A DNA stretch of 64,000 nt from Phoronis australis (GCA_002633005.1 NMRA01000863.1:1-64000); one strand, 5' to 3'; positions 1 through 14,271 are shown, counted from the first letter of the stretch. Numbers and translations: made by a program. Notes: generated by a model not told the origin, from the sequence alone.

Positions 1-3000
1 ACATCTTGTAGACTTATGTGACGTTTTGAACATACAGTTAATGAGTTAGTCTTGATGACTAAGCAATAAAAAATCTTGCCTCAACTTTGCACTTCAGTGA
101 AAAATGTCTTGCAAAACTGTCTATTTTCATAGTTTGGAAATGACGAGCAGAGTTTACAGACCGGCCATTTGAACAAACTTTTAGGCAAGAAGTCTGTTTT
201 AAATAGTTATAGAAACCAAGTCTAAACTCTTTGAAATGAAAACAAGATGTTTTCCGGGATTATTACGCGGCTAGTATCAAAACTGAACCCCACGATCTTT
301 GTCCACTGAGGGATTCAGTTGAGGTTAAGCTTGAGGATACATAAAAATGTACGTGTAACCCTCTTGTATTCTTTCATTTCTTTTACATTATCAGGTTAAT
401 TTAAACACGTTGTAGAACGTTTAAATGGAAATAAATGCCTGTAAGATTAAAGGAGTAAGAATTGATATTTGTAAATACTGGTTTTGAGAGAAGCAAGTGC
501 ATTTTAAAAAGACAAAATGGCGGACGATGGGTCTTCATGTTCCTGTAGAGTTTATTCTGCAATAAATCCGATCACAAAAGCTTTGTGCTTTACTGAGTTA
601 TGTAAAAGACACCACTGAACATTTGAGATACAGGAAACTACCTCACAAAGCAAGGCCTGTGCCAGAGAACGAACTCGTACTACCCCGAGTCGAGGAATTT
701 CTGACTGAACAGGACCAGTCGTGGAAGAGTCAGGTAATGCTGGATGTTACCACTCTGCTCCTCTCCTCCTGAACCTAGCAGTCTTGTCAAATTCTACCGG
801 CATTTCTGTTTCGAGATATGACTTTAGTGAAAGTCAGAATGGAAAGGATCTCTGTGATCGCAAGATCGCTCCACTCAAACAACATGCACAGTACTTTGTA
901 GCCGAAGGTAACAATATCACAAACTTTCTGGATTTGAAAGAAGCATTACTTTCCAGTGGCCGTGTGAAGGGATGTTATGTGTATGCATGTTCAGTCGATG
1001 CAACAGAGTCTTTTCTAAAATACTCAGTTCCTGGTATAAGCACATTCCCAAATTCCCAATTCTACCCAAAGGAATTCGCGTGTGGAAATCAATTCATGTA
1101 GGTGACGGTAAGTTGTTACAAATACTGAGAAAATGGGAAACCCATTTCTCTAAAATACACTAACATCTCTAGACATGGCGGATTTTCAACACCAGGAGTT
1201 AAGGTTGGCATTGTATCTAGTGAAGAGCCTCAACAAAATTTCCCTTGTACCCAGCAAGGTTACTCAAAATTTTTGCTAGACGCAGAACTAGGTCAGCATT
1301 TGGATGAGGGTAACCACACTGTAACATTTACAGGGGGAAACCACGTTGCACGAAAAGTGGTCAGAAATGCTCTCAGAAATGCAAGAACCGGAGCGTCATT
1401 TGAGGCAGCCTCAGAGTACTGTTTGGATGAGACGAATGCTGAAGCAATAGGTTAGGCATTAAAAAAAGGTAAAAGGTCAACAAGATTTTCAGCAAAGGTT
1501 AAGAACTTTCTGACGAACATATTCGATGAAGGAAATAAGTGAGGTAAAAACGTTTACCCTCCTAAGTGCCAAAATGGAGAAAACGTTACGAGAACCCACT
1601 GGGAAAGTGTTTACCTGTGATGTTAAGTGAATCGCAGATTGGTGGATTTTTTCGAGGTTGTCTGCAGCAATGTTTATTACGATTCTATTTCTGCTGAAGA
1701 TGCTGTTATGTCGTCAAAATGAAGTGGTAAATGAGCTCAACATTTAGCTAGTTTTGCAGCATACCACGATGTATGATATAAGAAGTCGAGACCGTTACTT
1801 CTGTTTACTTCATGTCTGTCATGAATGAGTCATTAATAAAATTGTCTCTCGTGAATTATTTTCTATTGACTGTGAATGTGTACCTTTTTATACCACACTG
1901 GCAGAAATATTCAGCGTTAAGGTGCCCGGCGGTGTGTGGGGGAGAACACCAGATTTCTAGCGACTGGTGGCGACTAAAATTTGTAGCAACCAGCAGGGAC
2001 ATTACAATATGAACCCAATGTTACAATGACTATTGACAAGTTGAAGCATTTTTTGCACTGAACACTAGGGGGCCATATCCTCCTTGGGTGCCTTCTTTTG
2101 CCTGTGGCACGAACAAGGCAGATAGAAAACAAGGCATGGGGTGAGTTCAGTAACACTAGAACCTCTCTAAACTTTATCCAAAACCATGTGTTCTCATATA
2201 AAATACAGGGCAATATCTCGCGAAGTCTTGAATTATAGCAAGGTCCTCATGTTACTGCTCTTATTCTAGATGCTCTTCAGTCTCCACGTAAACAAAAGCA
2301 GCGCCATCTACATGTATCATTTATAAGCACGCATGCCAGTTGATTTACGTACATATTTTTTGCAATAAGCAATAATCATCAATGCCGTTTTCAGAGAATG
2401 GTAATCAATAATGCTGTCTGCCTTTTCTCCAAAATACAAGGTTTTTATGTCGTGTTTCGCAAGCTAATCATATGTTCCAAGAGCCCCCTATTGGCAGAAG
2501 AGGCAACTGAGAACATGCAGCAGGACGAAGTGCAGTTCGTGTCATGCTTCTTACGCAAAAACTACATTAGAGGCAAGATTTTTTATTTTAGATTATGAAT
2601 AGGTTAGGAATGACTGAACAAATTATTATAAAGTCAATTTCAGGAAAGGTGCGTTATGGCCGCTACAGAGTGACAAATTTGGCCGAAAATGGCTTCAGTG
2701 AAAACCTAAAAAATAGCCGTTTTTGCCTCACAAATTCAAAACGTACAAATTAAAAAATGGATTTTGAAAGTTATGCCATTAAATTATTCAGCCACTGCGC
2801 GTTCAATTCGTATTATTCATTTGTTTTGACCTTACCACATATGCTAGTAAAATGCATTCAAACATGCCTACTTCGACGCCCAATTTTGTTGCAAAATGGA
2901 GGTACAGGTCATAAAAAGAAAAATAATGAATGAAAATTCTTAAAAAGTGAGGTTTTTCTACATCTCAACAAACCAAACTCATGTGCTAAGTTTCGAAAAA

Positions 3001-3053
3001 ATCGGTGATTTTGGGTATAGACTCTACCTGTTGGTTTTTATATGGAGTCACTC
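1..3053 (+). mobile_element. Decayed Sola3-like DNA transposon (left end outside the window)
   Basis: Right end reads ...TATGGAGTCACTC followed by TTAA (3054-3057), matching the Sola3 GAG...CTC/TTAA pattern. AATAAAAAATCTTGCCTC (65-82) is the reverse complement of GAGGCAAGATTTTTTATT (~2570-2587), suggesting remnants of long TIRs. A transposase relic lies inside. Confidence 0.6.
517..1670 (+). pseudogene. Sola-type DDE transposase remnant, internally deleted and frameshifted
   Basis: ORF 721-1101 has GNAGCYHS...RYDFSESQNGKDLCDRKIAPLKQH...EGNNI (DNAGCYH / F.E...GK..CD motifs). Downstream fragments read G*ALKKGKRSTRFSAKVKNFL..IFDEG and LSESQIGGFFSRL. An N-terminal fragment starts at ATG 517. Multiple stops and frameshifts. 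Confidence 0.7.
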
Positions 3054-4039
3054 TTAAGCAGCAGTGGCATGATCCCCTACTGGTACTCTATGACAAAATA
3101 GTGAATGTTTTATTTAAATGTTTTTTAATATTCACAACATAATATATGTCACTGGGCCTTAAAAATATGCCTGCTGTTCTGCCCTCCTTGGACCAGGGGT
3201 GCGTTCAGTAACGCTAGGACCTATGGTAGGACCTAGCTAAAGTCACGTGTTTTCATTTAACATACACGGCAACATACCGCGTAATCTCGCGAAGTCTTGC
3301 TTTTTAGCGAGGTCCTTGCTTTAATTACTGAACGGGAGGCAGAAATGGCTTGCACATGTAGATATTTCCAAATTGAAACATTGAAAAAAATCTTAGCGTG
3401 CAATGCTACCTTGCGATAACTTCGATGACGACAGTGGCACACAACCGCTTACTTTGATGTTCATTAACTACCGAAGCCAGTGTGAACGGTCCAGTTAACT
3501 GCGCTGGTTACGTCGACACTCCGCTCAGACCGGAGTTAAGTCAATATGAAAGGGTCTTTAGTTTATAAATCAGCCAATTTGTAAACCAAGAGTTTCATTA
3601 AAACATGTGATTATTTTTTGCGCTTTGGTCACACTCCTTGTTTTTAGAATTCATGTATTCAAAATAGTTATCATTATGAAGTATATTATTTATTTTTTGC
3701 CTTTTGTTTACTGTTCTGTGTGCTGATTAATGCCGAGTCCAAATCGGTAACACCCATAAGCAATGCCGTATAAGCCATTTCATACCACCCATTTGAAGAA
3801 ATTTTGTGTTTTTGCATTGACGTTTCAGCATTGATGCGTAAAGATTACATGACATGGTTATTTTTCAATACTTCTTACATGTTATGGTGGTTTAGATAAG
3901 TTCTTGTGTCTGTTAATACCGAAGGAGGGGTAGTGTCCTTTTAAAGTTAAAACTTGTGCCAATTGGNCCAAAAAAGAGGGTAGTTAGGGCGGATTACATC
4001 GACTTTTGCAAGGGTCACACGCCCTGAGTAGGAAATAAT

Positions 4040-5150
4040 AACATGTATTATGTGAAAAAACTTGTTTCGATGTAACGGCAAGTCATTTTCAGCTTTACTG
4101 ATCTAAAATATTGTATTTTTCTTGCTCACTGCGTGTTATACATGACTATATTTGAAACGCCTTGTATGACAGACATGTACGGGTTAATATTTGGTTGGTG
4201 CTTGGCAATAAAAAAATTTGAATAAAAAATTCTACAAACTCCATGACATTGCTGATACCCAAGGTGTTCCATTTTTACACACCTTAGTTGTGTATTTTGT
4301 TGTGTATTTTTGAAGATGTTATATTGCATTAATAAGGATTATTTCATTGTTTGATACCAACGCAAAACTCTTAGTAGCAAGTAATGGTATGTGTTAAGTG
4401 AAAAAACTTGTTTCAATCTAACGGCAAGTCCTTTTCAGTTTTACTGCCATGATCTAAAATCTTGTACTGTTCTTGCTCACTGAGTGTTATACACATAACC
4501 AATACCATTTTTGAAAAACCGTGTGTGATAGATATATACGGGTTACTATTTTGTTGGTGCGTATCCGACCAAGCACTTCGTGTAATTTTTCATTCAAGGT
4601 TTTTTTTATTACCAACTCCATTTTGGTGCTACCAAGGTGTTCCATTTTTACACACTTGTGTATTTTTTGAAAACATTGCAGATGTCTCAATCATATGATT
4701 GAAACCATGTGGCCATTGTAATTGATCATTTGTGTGACACAATATGTGTTGGTGCTTGCTGATGTAAATATGTATGGATGGTGCTTGCTTTTTACATTGC
4801 CTCGTTTCCATTGAACATTGCCATTTTGTTGTGTATTTTTGAAGATGCTATATTACATTAACAAGGATTGTTTCATTGTTTGATACCAACGTAAAACACT
4901 TAGTAGCTAAGAATGGCATGTATTGAGTGAAAAAACTTGTTTAGATCCAACTGCAAGTCATTTTCAGTTTTCTGCCACAGTCATTTCTGATATTATTTTT
5001 TGTTGCTGACTGTCTATTATATATGATTATAATTATTTTGCAAGCCCCTATATGATAGTCATGGGTATTGTTTACTATTTTAGGTGTATGTCTGATTTAG
5101 TAGTTTACCAACTCCATAGCATTGGAGATACCCAGAAGTTCTATTTTGGC
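4040..5150. repeat. Three degenerate direct repeats (spacing about 345 and 530 bp)
   Basis: GTGAAAAAACTTGTTT.GAT.TAAC.GCAAGTC.TTTTCAG.TTT recurs at ~4052, ~4398 and ~4927, each followed by related sequence. Confidence 0.8.
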
Positions 5151-5264
5151 ACACACACTAGTCGTACATTGTGTGGGAATGATCAAATGTCTCTAGCAAT
5201 AGCATCCTCTATCACACGATTACTACCATGTAGCCAACATTGTTAGTGTTGGCATTTGCTGTTG

Positions 5265-5277
5265 TATATATATATGA

Positions 5278-5316
<39 letters not shown>
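5265..5316. repeat. (TA)n microsatellite
   Basis: Direct reading. Confidence 0.95.
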
Positions 5317-5317
<1 letters not shown>

Positions 5318-6940
5318 TAAGAGAACTATACAGATCCGGGGCATTTTTATATATGAGACCTTTACTGTGGGGTTGCAAAAAATTGTGGGGTATATATAAT
5401 GCCCCACAATTTCAGACCTATCAGAAACTGTTCTTTGGTATGCACAGTGCCTCCACGTGTATTCTCTCAACAACTTGGTTTCATCACCACATCCTATATA
5501 TAACTCTGTACAGTCTATCCCAAAAGATGTCACTGTTATTATGAGTGTCCTGCTGCAGAGTGCCATATGTGACCTACATCGGTATATTGTTATGTAATGG
5601 CCATGGAGGATATTAAGTTACTGTTGACCTAACACTGCAACAAGCGTCTGAGGTTTTGATTTTAGTGTTAATGGAGTTGGGGTTGAACATCCGCTTTAGA
5701 GTTTGAGTTGAGACAAGTTTTACTTCGTTTTATCTGAAACAAGAATGTTTGTGTGGAAGATGGTACATTCCAGATCTAAGTCTATGGTACATCCGAGATC
5801 AAAGGCTATGGTAAGTCTTTCAAATTCCTTAATATTTTGATTATTAAAGTAATTGCAAATTCATGTATCAGAGTGGTGATTATGGATGGCTAACATGCTT
5901 TTAATAGAGTCCTAGAAACTATTTCTAATGCAGAAGATGCGACCAAATACTCGCATCTGTCCCTCTTAAAAATATTTCAAAATCTAACCACCCCCTTAGT
6001 ATTATGAGCTGAATAAATCCTTTTACTTTAAAAACTCCAGAGAGTTGTAGATTTCTATGCTTTATATCTCTGAGAAGAATTGCACTTCGTAAGATTTTTT
6101 CAGATTCACTGTGAAATGGTGCCTTTTCTGAGAGAATTCCGTACAAATGGGTGTCTTTTCAGTACCGATTTCCCTAAGAAAAACGTCCATTTTGTGGACT
6201 GGAACGCTACAAAAGTCCCTTTAAGATGGAACCCCTCGATCAAATAAATAAGCAATAACTGTACATGTTACAAATTCTAACAAGAACTAGATACTGGAAA
6301 AGCAAATGTACATACTAGTATTCACACTAAAACATATCATGAGGCAATTGTGTAAAATCTTTCGTAAAACTTTTGCAGTTTGGTCCAGTTCAGTCCTAAA
6401 TGTCAACCAAACACTTTTCCTTAAAAAATATTTTACACTTCAAACAAACTTGGAAAATTAGTGACCAAAGGTATAGATATGCTGTGTTGTTTGCCTGTTC
6501 TTTAATGTGAGTTTTTACTTAATGTAGCAAGAAACAGTGATTCGTACATGTTTTGACATTGATTCAATGTGAGTGATCTAGTAACAACGTTAGATCTTTT
6601 TTAACTCTTAAATGAGCCCTTGGAAATCAGTGACTGAAAACCAAATCTCAAACTTAAAATGGGAAAATCCAGGGTAAAATAATTTACTGAAGTTATTTTG
6701 TCTAAGTTTCCAAAATATACAGGTTCTCAAATCTTTACTAACCAAGTGCCTAGAATGTGTTTTCCCTAAACATATTTTCTGTTGTCATTAAAAAGAGGGC
6801 ACATACACCAGACCAGACCTTGTGAAAACATACTTAAAAATATCTTTGAATTCTCATAGTAACTTTGATGTCTGCTTAAATGACTTAACAAGGGATGGAG
6901 TGGTCCAAAGGGTCTGTGGATCTATTGGTCAATAGTCTGA

Positions 6941-7661
6941 CAGTGCTGTAGTGGGGCGTAGGTGCATGTAGGCGCAGCCAACTACCTTTTTGCTGTTCAA
7001 CATAGCGCCTACCCACCGGGAGTTATGGTATACGTGGGACGCACTTGCAGCCAACCACCTTCTTACATTTTATCGTAGCAACCACCTTTTTAATTTAACG
7101 TACATGTAGCGTCTACGAGCCGTAAGTGACGGTATATTGGGGCGTAGTCTCAATACGATAACTTACGCCATCAGTGCGCTACGCCGATGACTGCATCATT
7201 GATGAACTTTTCGGCACGCGCAACCACCTAGCATACTTGTATTCTCGCCGAGTAATGGAATTTTTATTAATATTTCAAGATAAAGAAATAGTTATGGTGT
7301 CACGTCCATAGGTGAATAAAGAGGGGGGGGGGGNGGGCGACTGAAAGTCGCTGCCAGCTTATCGTTTCTGGGCGTTACGCTCCTATTTTCCTTTATAATT
7401 ATGCTTGGGCCCCCTTCAGAGACCACTTGGAATGCACGCGGACCTTTGCTTTTGAAAATGTGCTGTTTGACCCTTTTTCTCCGATATCTAAGATCCACCA
7501 CTGCAGACTCTATGTAAATACCTACTCATGAGTCAAAATATATGCCTAAATGTTTGTGAGTCAGGTTTTGCGAGTTCAATTCACTTTTAAAATCCAGCGC
7601 TCAAAGCGACACGAAGGACTTTGGGTGCCTACTTACCTTTTATTTTACCACTACAGCACTG
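6941..7661. mobile_element. hAT-like MITE
   Basis: Perfect 14-bp TIR CAGTGCTGTAGTGG (6941) / CCACTACAGCACTG (7648-7661), with internal repeated GTAGGCGC/GCGCCTAC motifs. No clear TSD. Confidence 0.6.
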
Positions 7662-10600
7662 TAAAATTAAGGGGAATTTTATCTGTCGTTACCAACTCGG
7701 TAGTTACGTAGAATATCTTGCTACATCAAACTAAGTGTTCGTATTTTGTTCAGGTTGTTTTTCATTGAATAACCACAATTTCACGAAAGAGAGCGTTGCC
7801 TGCTTTACAGAGCTCTACGGAATTTTGAAAGATGGATAAAATGGTGTAAAATTAACCGAAATCCTGAAGACATTTAACTCCGTAGATTAGGGAATAATGT
7901 AAAAAAAACTATTAAGAAGTTTTGTATTCCAACTATTGACTCTTCGGGCTACAGATCGTACTGTTTTCGGACTAAAGACCCTTTGGACTATAGACAGCAT
8001 TTCATTTTTATTGACAGTTTTGATTTTTTCCAGATGAGAATGCTGTAACTCCTTTCAGTTCAAGTGACAAAGAAACAGGTGAAGATAGAAGTTGGTGCTT
8101 GTTTTCTCAGAGTAAGGAAACATGCAACTTCACATGGATGAGTTAAGAAGGAGTGTGAGTTTCATATAAATGAAGTATTATGGGAAATATACATTTTCTT
8201 AGATTCTACACATTTCTGCAAGGTTTCCAGTATGTTATTTTTTTAAACTCATGAGTGCGAGGTCATAATTAACGGCTACTTTGATTTAATTCTTTCATAA
8301 GGTAACTATAGAGTCATTTTGATCCTTATTCCATCAGCATAGAGCCTCTTTTTCAGACATACATGTACATCAACTAGCATATTTCACATTTCGTTATTTG
8401 CAACAGTATTCTTCCCAATATATTTATTGTTAACTAGGTGAACCATTTAATGTAGCAGAATAACTTAAACACTTTCAAACTCGTGTTAATGGAAACTTAG
8501 AAGACAGCTTTAAATAAGCCTAACAAATGAATGCAAATGTAAAGTTGCAGCATAGATCACTGCATTTATAATTTGTTTCAGATGAAGAAGTGATGGATGC
8601 CGTTTTCGTCACAAGGTGTTCAGTTCTGCTAAAATAATCAAGAATTTTCTGATACATCGTCTGAAAGGTATGTCACGTAATTAAAATTACTTGTTTTTCA
8701 AATTTCATCACACAATATCTTTATAAATTCAAAATTTATTTCTTGCTGATGTCAAACATACGGTAATACCTTTTCAGCTATAGTTTCTATTTCTATATTG
8801 TTTTGTGATGTCTATACGAAATGTGCTGAGATGGGGTTGGTCGATCCTGTATTCCGAAGGACCTTTGATAGTCTCTAGTGCAAAGGAACTTTCGTTCGAA
8901 GGACTGTCAGTCTGAAAGTGATCTGGGTGATGACATTACAACAGAGCTTATAGAAGACTGCTGTTTTAGTACATTTAAGCACAATTAAGAATTATTATGA
9001 ATGCAAATGATAACGACTTTGTTTTGAAGATGCACGCCTCTTTCGTCATTTTTCTCTTGTCATCCTATCACGGTCATGGCAATATGATTACCTGGCACTC
9101 TTTCATGCTTGCTAGTCAGGTTTACTGCAAGATGTAATGCTCAGTGGAGCAATCAGACCAATAGCACTTCCGACCAAAGACACTTTAGAAAATCAAAAGG
9201 AAGGCAGACTCGGTTTTGACTTATCACCAAATACAAAAACATCATTTACTATCCAGGAACAAAATAACGGCCTGTAACTCTCGTTCAGAAAATTTTGAAA
9301 CTCTTGAAAGTCATCTAATGGAAACTGTGTGAAAAGACCACCGACCAAGGACCAAAAGGCGAGATAGGGGTGCAAGTTTTTAGTAATTCCAGCTCTTTCA
9401 AGATTGATGCCAATGAGGCATGAGCAGATGACAGGATTGGTTGAAATCATTAGAACATGGTTTAGTTTCCTTTTTAAGTGAAGTCAAATTTTCACAAACA
9501 AATAAAGCACATTTTTTTTCTGGTTAACACTCTTTAGGATAAAAGTCCTTTGGTCTTCATACCAAAAACCTATAAAAAGGCCACAGCTCCTAAAACGTCT
9601 TTCCGACTAACTCCCCTTTGTACTATCGACCTGCAGGGATGCTAAAGGGGACACACCTAACAGATTTTAACTACAAAGAAATCACAAAAGTATTGTTATT
9701 ATTATAATTGTTAATGTTATATTATTGTTTGTGTAAAATAGTGTATTTTAGTAAGAATGTACTCCATGTCTATGGTCTGAAGCTCCAGTGTTAGCTCCAA
9801 TCCTTAGTGCGACAACAAAAAATGGTTGCTCTAATGTGTAAACCTCATAGCTAAATTCATGCTCCAGTGGTGACAAATATTCACCATATGAAGAAGACAT
9901 TCGCGTAAAGTATAACTAAAGATTCCATAACTAAATATATACCTCACAGGAATGACAGCTTTTGCAATGTGTGCAAGGATACCTGCCAAATGATAACAGT
10001 TCTATTTTAAGTAAATTGTGAAAAGTGTAAAAAAATGAAACTAAGCAGATACCTGTCAGGCCTAAGTTTAATAAAACATACAAAAAATGCCTGTAATTCC
10101 CTAAAATTAAGTCTTAGACACTGTAACAAAAGCTGTTTTATGAGAGCTTTCACAATGCATTTATTATGGAAAAGAACATCCTGCCCAATCTTCAAACTTT
10201 TGTCATAGCAAAATGTATGTTTAAAATTTCCAATTGTATTTTCAGGTGATACACTGAATTAATGTCAACAAGAGTATGAAGTCTGGAAACTTTTAAGATA
10301 AAGGAAAATTTTCCAAACTATGCCATGATGCTGAGAGTGATGATGACAATACGACAGTCTCCATCGAGGTGGTAAAAGAGTCATTGGGATCTGTTTGTGA
10401 TGCTCAAAGTGATGATAGCAGGACATTTGATAATAGCGTAATGAGTTACCAGGATCTGCCCTTGCTAAGGGTAGTGACAATGAATATTTTAATTATGTTT
10501 TTTGTGTCTTAAGCTATAAAGTGCCACCTTCGTTCATTAGGGTCTTCACCATCACCATCATCACTTCAACCACAGCCTTTCAGAACATGAGTTTTGTTAA

Positions 10601-11274
10601 TTAGACAATTCAGGCAAATGGTATTGCAGTTTTTGCAGTTTAAACATCTTTAAAAATAACTGCTTTCAGTTATTGAGAATTGTCGTCACTATGCATAAGA
10701 GGTTCTGTGTGAAGAAAGCAAACACCATTTAATCTAAAACTGTCAAATTTTCTTTAATTGCATTTTTAGTGGTAATTGTTACTATGATGGTCGGATTCTA
10801 TAACTGTGGTGACTGGAAGTCTGCTAAGATGTGCAGGATGAAACTGTTTGTACATGCATGTCACAAGCATTGTTCCTATGGATGTATATGTATCCTCTAT
10901 TTTTGGTGCCCATCACTTGATTTTAAAGATAATTTGGGTATTCATAGTTCACTATGTGCAAGATTAATAAATGATTAAATGTTCATCTGTGAGAATTTTT
11001 TTGGCGAATTAATCAAGAATGTCATTCACAATGGTGCCAACGTATTTGTAGAAGTGTATTTTTATTAAAGGTATCAACTTATACCGTAGAACCTGACAAA
11101 GATAGTGTCATCTGCTCACGTTTCAGAATAATAAACAGATAAAAGCATCAAACATTTCTAAGTTTGAAGGTGGTAAAATCTGTTGTGGACGCATACATGA
11201 TATTAAAGTGATCTTTAGAGGACTGTATTTTGGTACATACAGACTTTAACCGAATGTGACACATCTATACATGT

Positions 11275-11545
11275 AGTTGCGGGGCTTGTATATTGGGTGG
11301 ATTGTAAGAACAGTGGAAAACCGGGATATGTAATGTAGTGGGGCATATATCTAATGGGACATATAAAGTTGGGGGGTATATATTGTATACACCTAACGGG
11401 ACATATATACTTGCGGGCTATATATTGTACTGGGGCATATACCTAGTGAGGTATATATAGTTGCAGGATATATATTGTTCCGGGGCATATACCCAATGGG
11501 GCATATATAGTTGCGGGCTATATATTTTCTATATACCCCGGAACA
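11275..11545. repeat. Degenerate minisatellite (GGGGCATATA... / TATAGTTGCGGG units)
   Basis: Alternating ~17-20-nt units read directly. Confidence 0.75.
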
Positions 11546-11605
11546 AGGTCTCAAAATTTTACCCCACTTCAAGGTTTCAGATAATAACCCCACATCTGCA
11601 TATAA

Positions 11606-11608
<3 letters not shown>

Positions 11609-11636
<28 letters not shown>

Positions 11637-11712
11637 ATATATATATGTTTGGTCGGCATATGGATGGTACAAGGTTTTTTGTAACATNATATATATATAT
11701 ATATATATATAT
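11609..11712. repeat. Two (TA)n tracts, the second next to an N
   Basis: Direct reading. Confidence 0.9.
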
Positions 11713-12842
11713 GACCTTACAACAAATTTGTGTTGTGATACATCTGAAATCTCTATAAGAACTTTGTGTTTTACATACAACTTGCACATTAACTGGCAGG
11801 CAATGCGATTATGAATACGTAGTGGTGGTGGTCTGGTAAAATACAAAATCTCGGCGAAAGTTCGCAAGAATACGATATATTGGGGTTTGTGATATTTATT
11901 AGTAAATTTCTTTCTATACGTGAGATAAACATTTGACGGAGAATGCTATTCGTTACAAAATATTAGGAAATCGATAGAAAGTAACACACCAGACTTTCGT
12001 CAACACATCATTTCATATTGTACACAATCCCTGTATCAGCCGCTTGAACCATGCGCATACAACAGAATAATGCAAGTGAGCAAAAGATCCTACACGAGTT
12101 GACGAGTCGAAAAACCGATCAACCGTTAGAAGAAAATCCAGACTTGGCGATCTTAGTGTTATTCGTAAGAATCATGTGAAAATCATTCTTTGAATATGGA
12201 TATGTGACTTTTATTTGTACGTGTGATGTTGTGATTCGTACCTAGGATGTTGCGGCCGTACGAATGAAGCTCTGAGCTGTACCTAAGGTATCGCGGTTCC
12301 TGCGTAAGATTTAATGCAGACGATTTTCCTTGGTTCTGGTTTATTGCTCGAAGTTCGTGCGTGTTATTGTCTGATGCATTGGGTTGCAAATTAGGAAATT
12401 ATAAATAGCTGATCGATTGTCGGTCATAGATAGGATTAAATTTGTCCAAAGTGCGTTAACAGAAAGTGATCGTGAGTTAGAATTGATAGTTTTTTTACTT
12501 ACGTCCTGTGTTCAGTTTGTCTTGAATCTTACCAGATGTGGAAGTTTCAAAGCTTGAAAGTTGAGACAAATCTTAGCCTTTTAATTCAAAAATGAACTTT
12601 GGTCAGTTTCATGGAAATGCCGTTTGGCTTAAAAGGACTTATATTTGAGTTTTCTGAATTCTTTTGACTGCTACAGATACCAGCTTTGTTAATTATCGTT
12701 CACAAGAAATGGGCAGTTTACGAGTATTTTTCTAAAGTGCAGACAAAATTAAACATTTTGTAAAAAAGTGACCCCGATTTATCACAAATCCGCGTCGTCA
12801 GCAATTACAGAAGTTATTGCCCCAATACTCTGATGGTCAACT
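11710..12842. repeat. Partial extra copy of intron-1 sequence of the peptide genes
   Basis: Colinear with ~18882-21824 and ~36360-38340 (e.g. GACCTT..ACAAATTTGT.TTGTGATACATCT), with an internal deletion and no exons. Confidence 0.85.
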
Positions 12843-13292
12843 CTCACAAGGCAAAGAACGTCTCCTTATTTGGTATGGCAAGACATAGACGTAACACATT
12901 TCCCTTATTTAGAAAATGTGACCTTTGACCTCAAGGGACTTCAAACAACTGGCTGTGAGTGCATTCATATAGATTATTAAATGGCCAAGTCGTTCTCCCC
13001 CGAATTCTAGAGCCCGAGTGGATTTTAGACGCCCTCAGGCGATAATTCTACAAAATCAACGAGGGTTCTAGATAAGGGGATAACGACTGCGAACATGTAA
13101 TAATCTACAGTATTTATACCACATACGGAACAAGAAATATTGCAATGAATCGATCTACCTTTCTCGACTCGCCTCGGCTCTTGTAACTAAAATATCGTTT
13201 TTATGGAAATTATGTGTCTTATTTTTCATAGCGTATAAATATCGGCAAAATGCCCGATGTTGAACATGCGATTGTTGCGCGTGCTCATTGAA

Positions 13293-14240
13293 AGGAGAAT
13301 GCTACCCAAAAAACAACCTATTTTGTATCAATTTAGATCGAGTAGTTCCCCTCGATAACAGCAAGTTCAGTTGCTTTACCTTACACCTGACGGCAGACGG
13401 AGGTGTTGAAATTAATCAATGACATAGTCGTTTCGAACGCAGTCTGTTCAGCAGTTCACAACACGCTTACTGATGTCAACTTATCGCTTGAATGCATAGT
13501 TTTACACCTATAAATCGTCAATATTTCGATGTGAAACCCTTACAAATACATCTAGTCCTTGAACAAACGTGTTGTTTTATTTCACTGTTACGGATTTATA
13601 GGTATTTGAACGTACGGTAGCCTACATAGTTCAGTCAAGGTTTAGGCCAATTTATAATGGTCGATCGCTGGAGTTTTGTGTCTGTTTGTGAAAAATTCGA
13701 ATCATTATTCCGTGAAATACAGACATAAAATGTAGCTGTTTGTTATATTTTCAGACTTGCGATTTTTTCAGTTCTAAACAAAGAAAACGTTTATTATCCC
13801 AGCCAATGTCTCGGAACACGATCAGGCCCGTCGCGGCCGCCGGGACTGGACATTACGAACATAAACCAGCTTAAGCTAAAACTAAACCTCCAGTCACGAA
13901 ACAACTATACCAGTGAGCCATACTTGCTAATAACAGCGTACTTTTCATTTTTCACTACCGCAAGCCACTTCCTAAGCATTTCGGATTGTTGAGGAAATCG
14001 AAAAAAACGATATACCCGCTTTCCTCGCAGCTACATAGTTCGTACAAGCGGGAACGATGCACGGCAACGTAACGGCATTCGCCCTGCAAATGAACCACTG
14101 ACGTCGCTGCGTCGTTTCTCACCTTCCTCGCAGCTTAACGCGACACAATTCGGCAAGGTAAGATCGACCGTATGCGAGATGTGGGTATTGACCGAATAAG
14201 ACTTTAAAAAAAGAGTAATTAAATCAGGTGGCATTCTCCT
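13293..14240. mobile_element. Kolobok-like non-autonomous element with THAP remnant
   Basis: TIRs AGGAGAATGC...GCATTCTCCT, flanked by TGAA/TTAA. The paralogous site at ~19925-19940 is empty (GCTCATTTAAGTATT). The minus strand at ~13920-14078 gives, with frameshifts, CIVPACTNYVAARKAGISFFRFPQQSEMLRKWLAVV (THAP-like). Confidence 0.8.
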
Positions 14241-14271
14241 TTAAGTATTTTATTTTCACATTCGATGACGT

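Noticed and set aside
5774-5810. Mini-exon bounded by CAG and GTAAGT
   Set aside because: It coincides with a ~24-bp tandem duplication and has no supporting frame.
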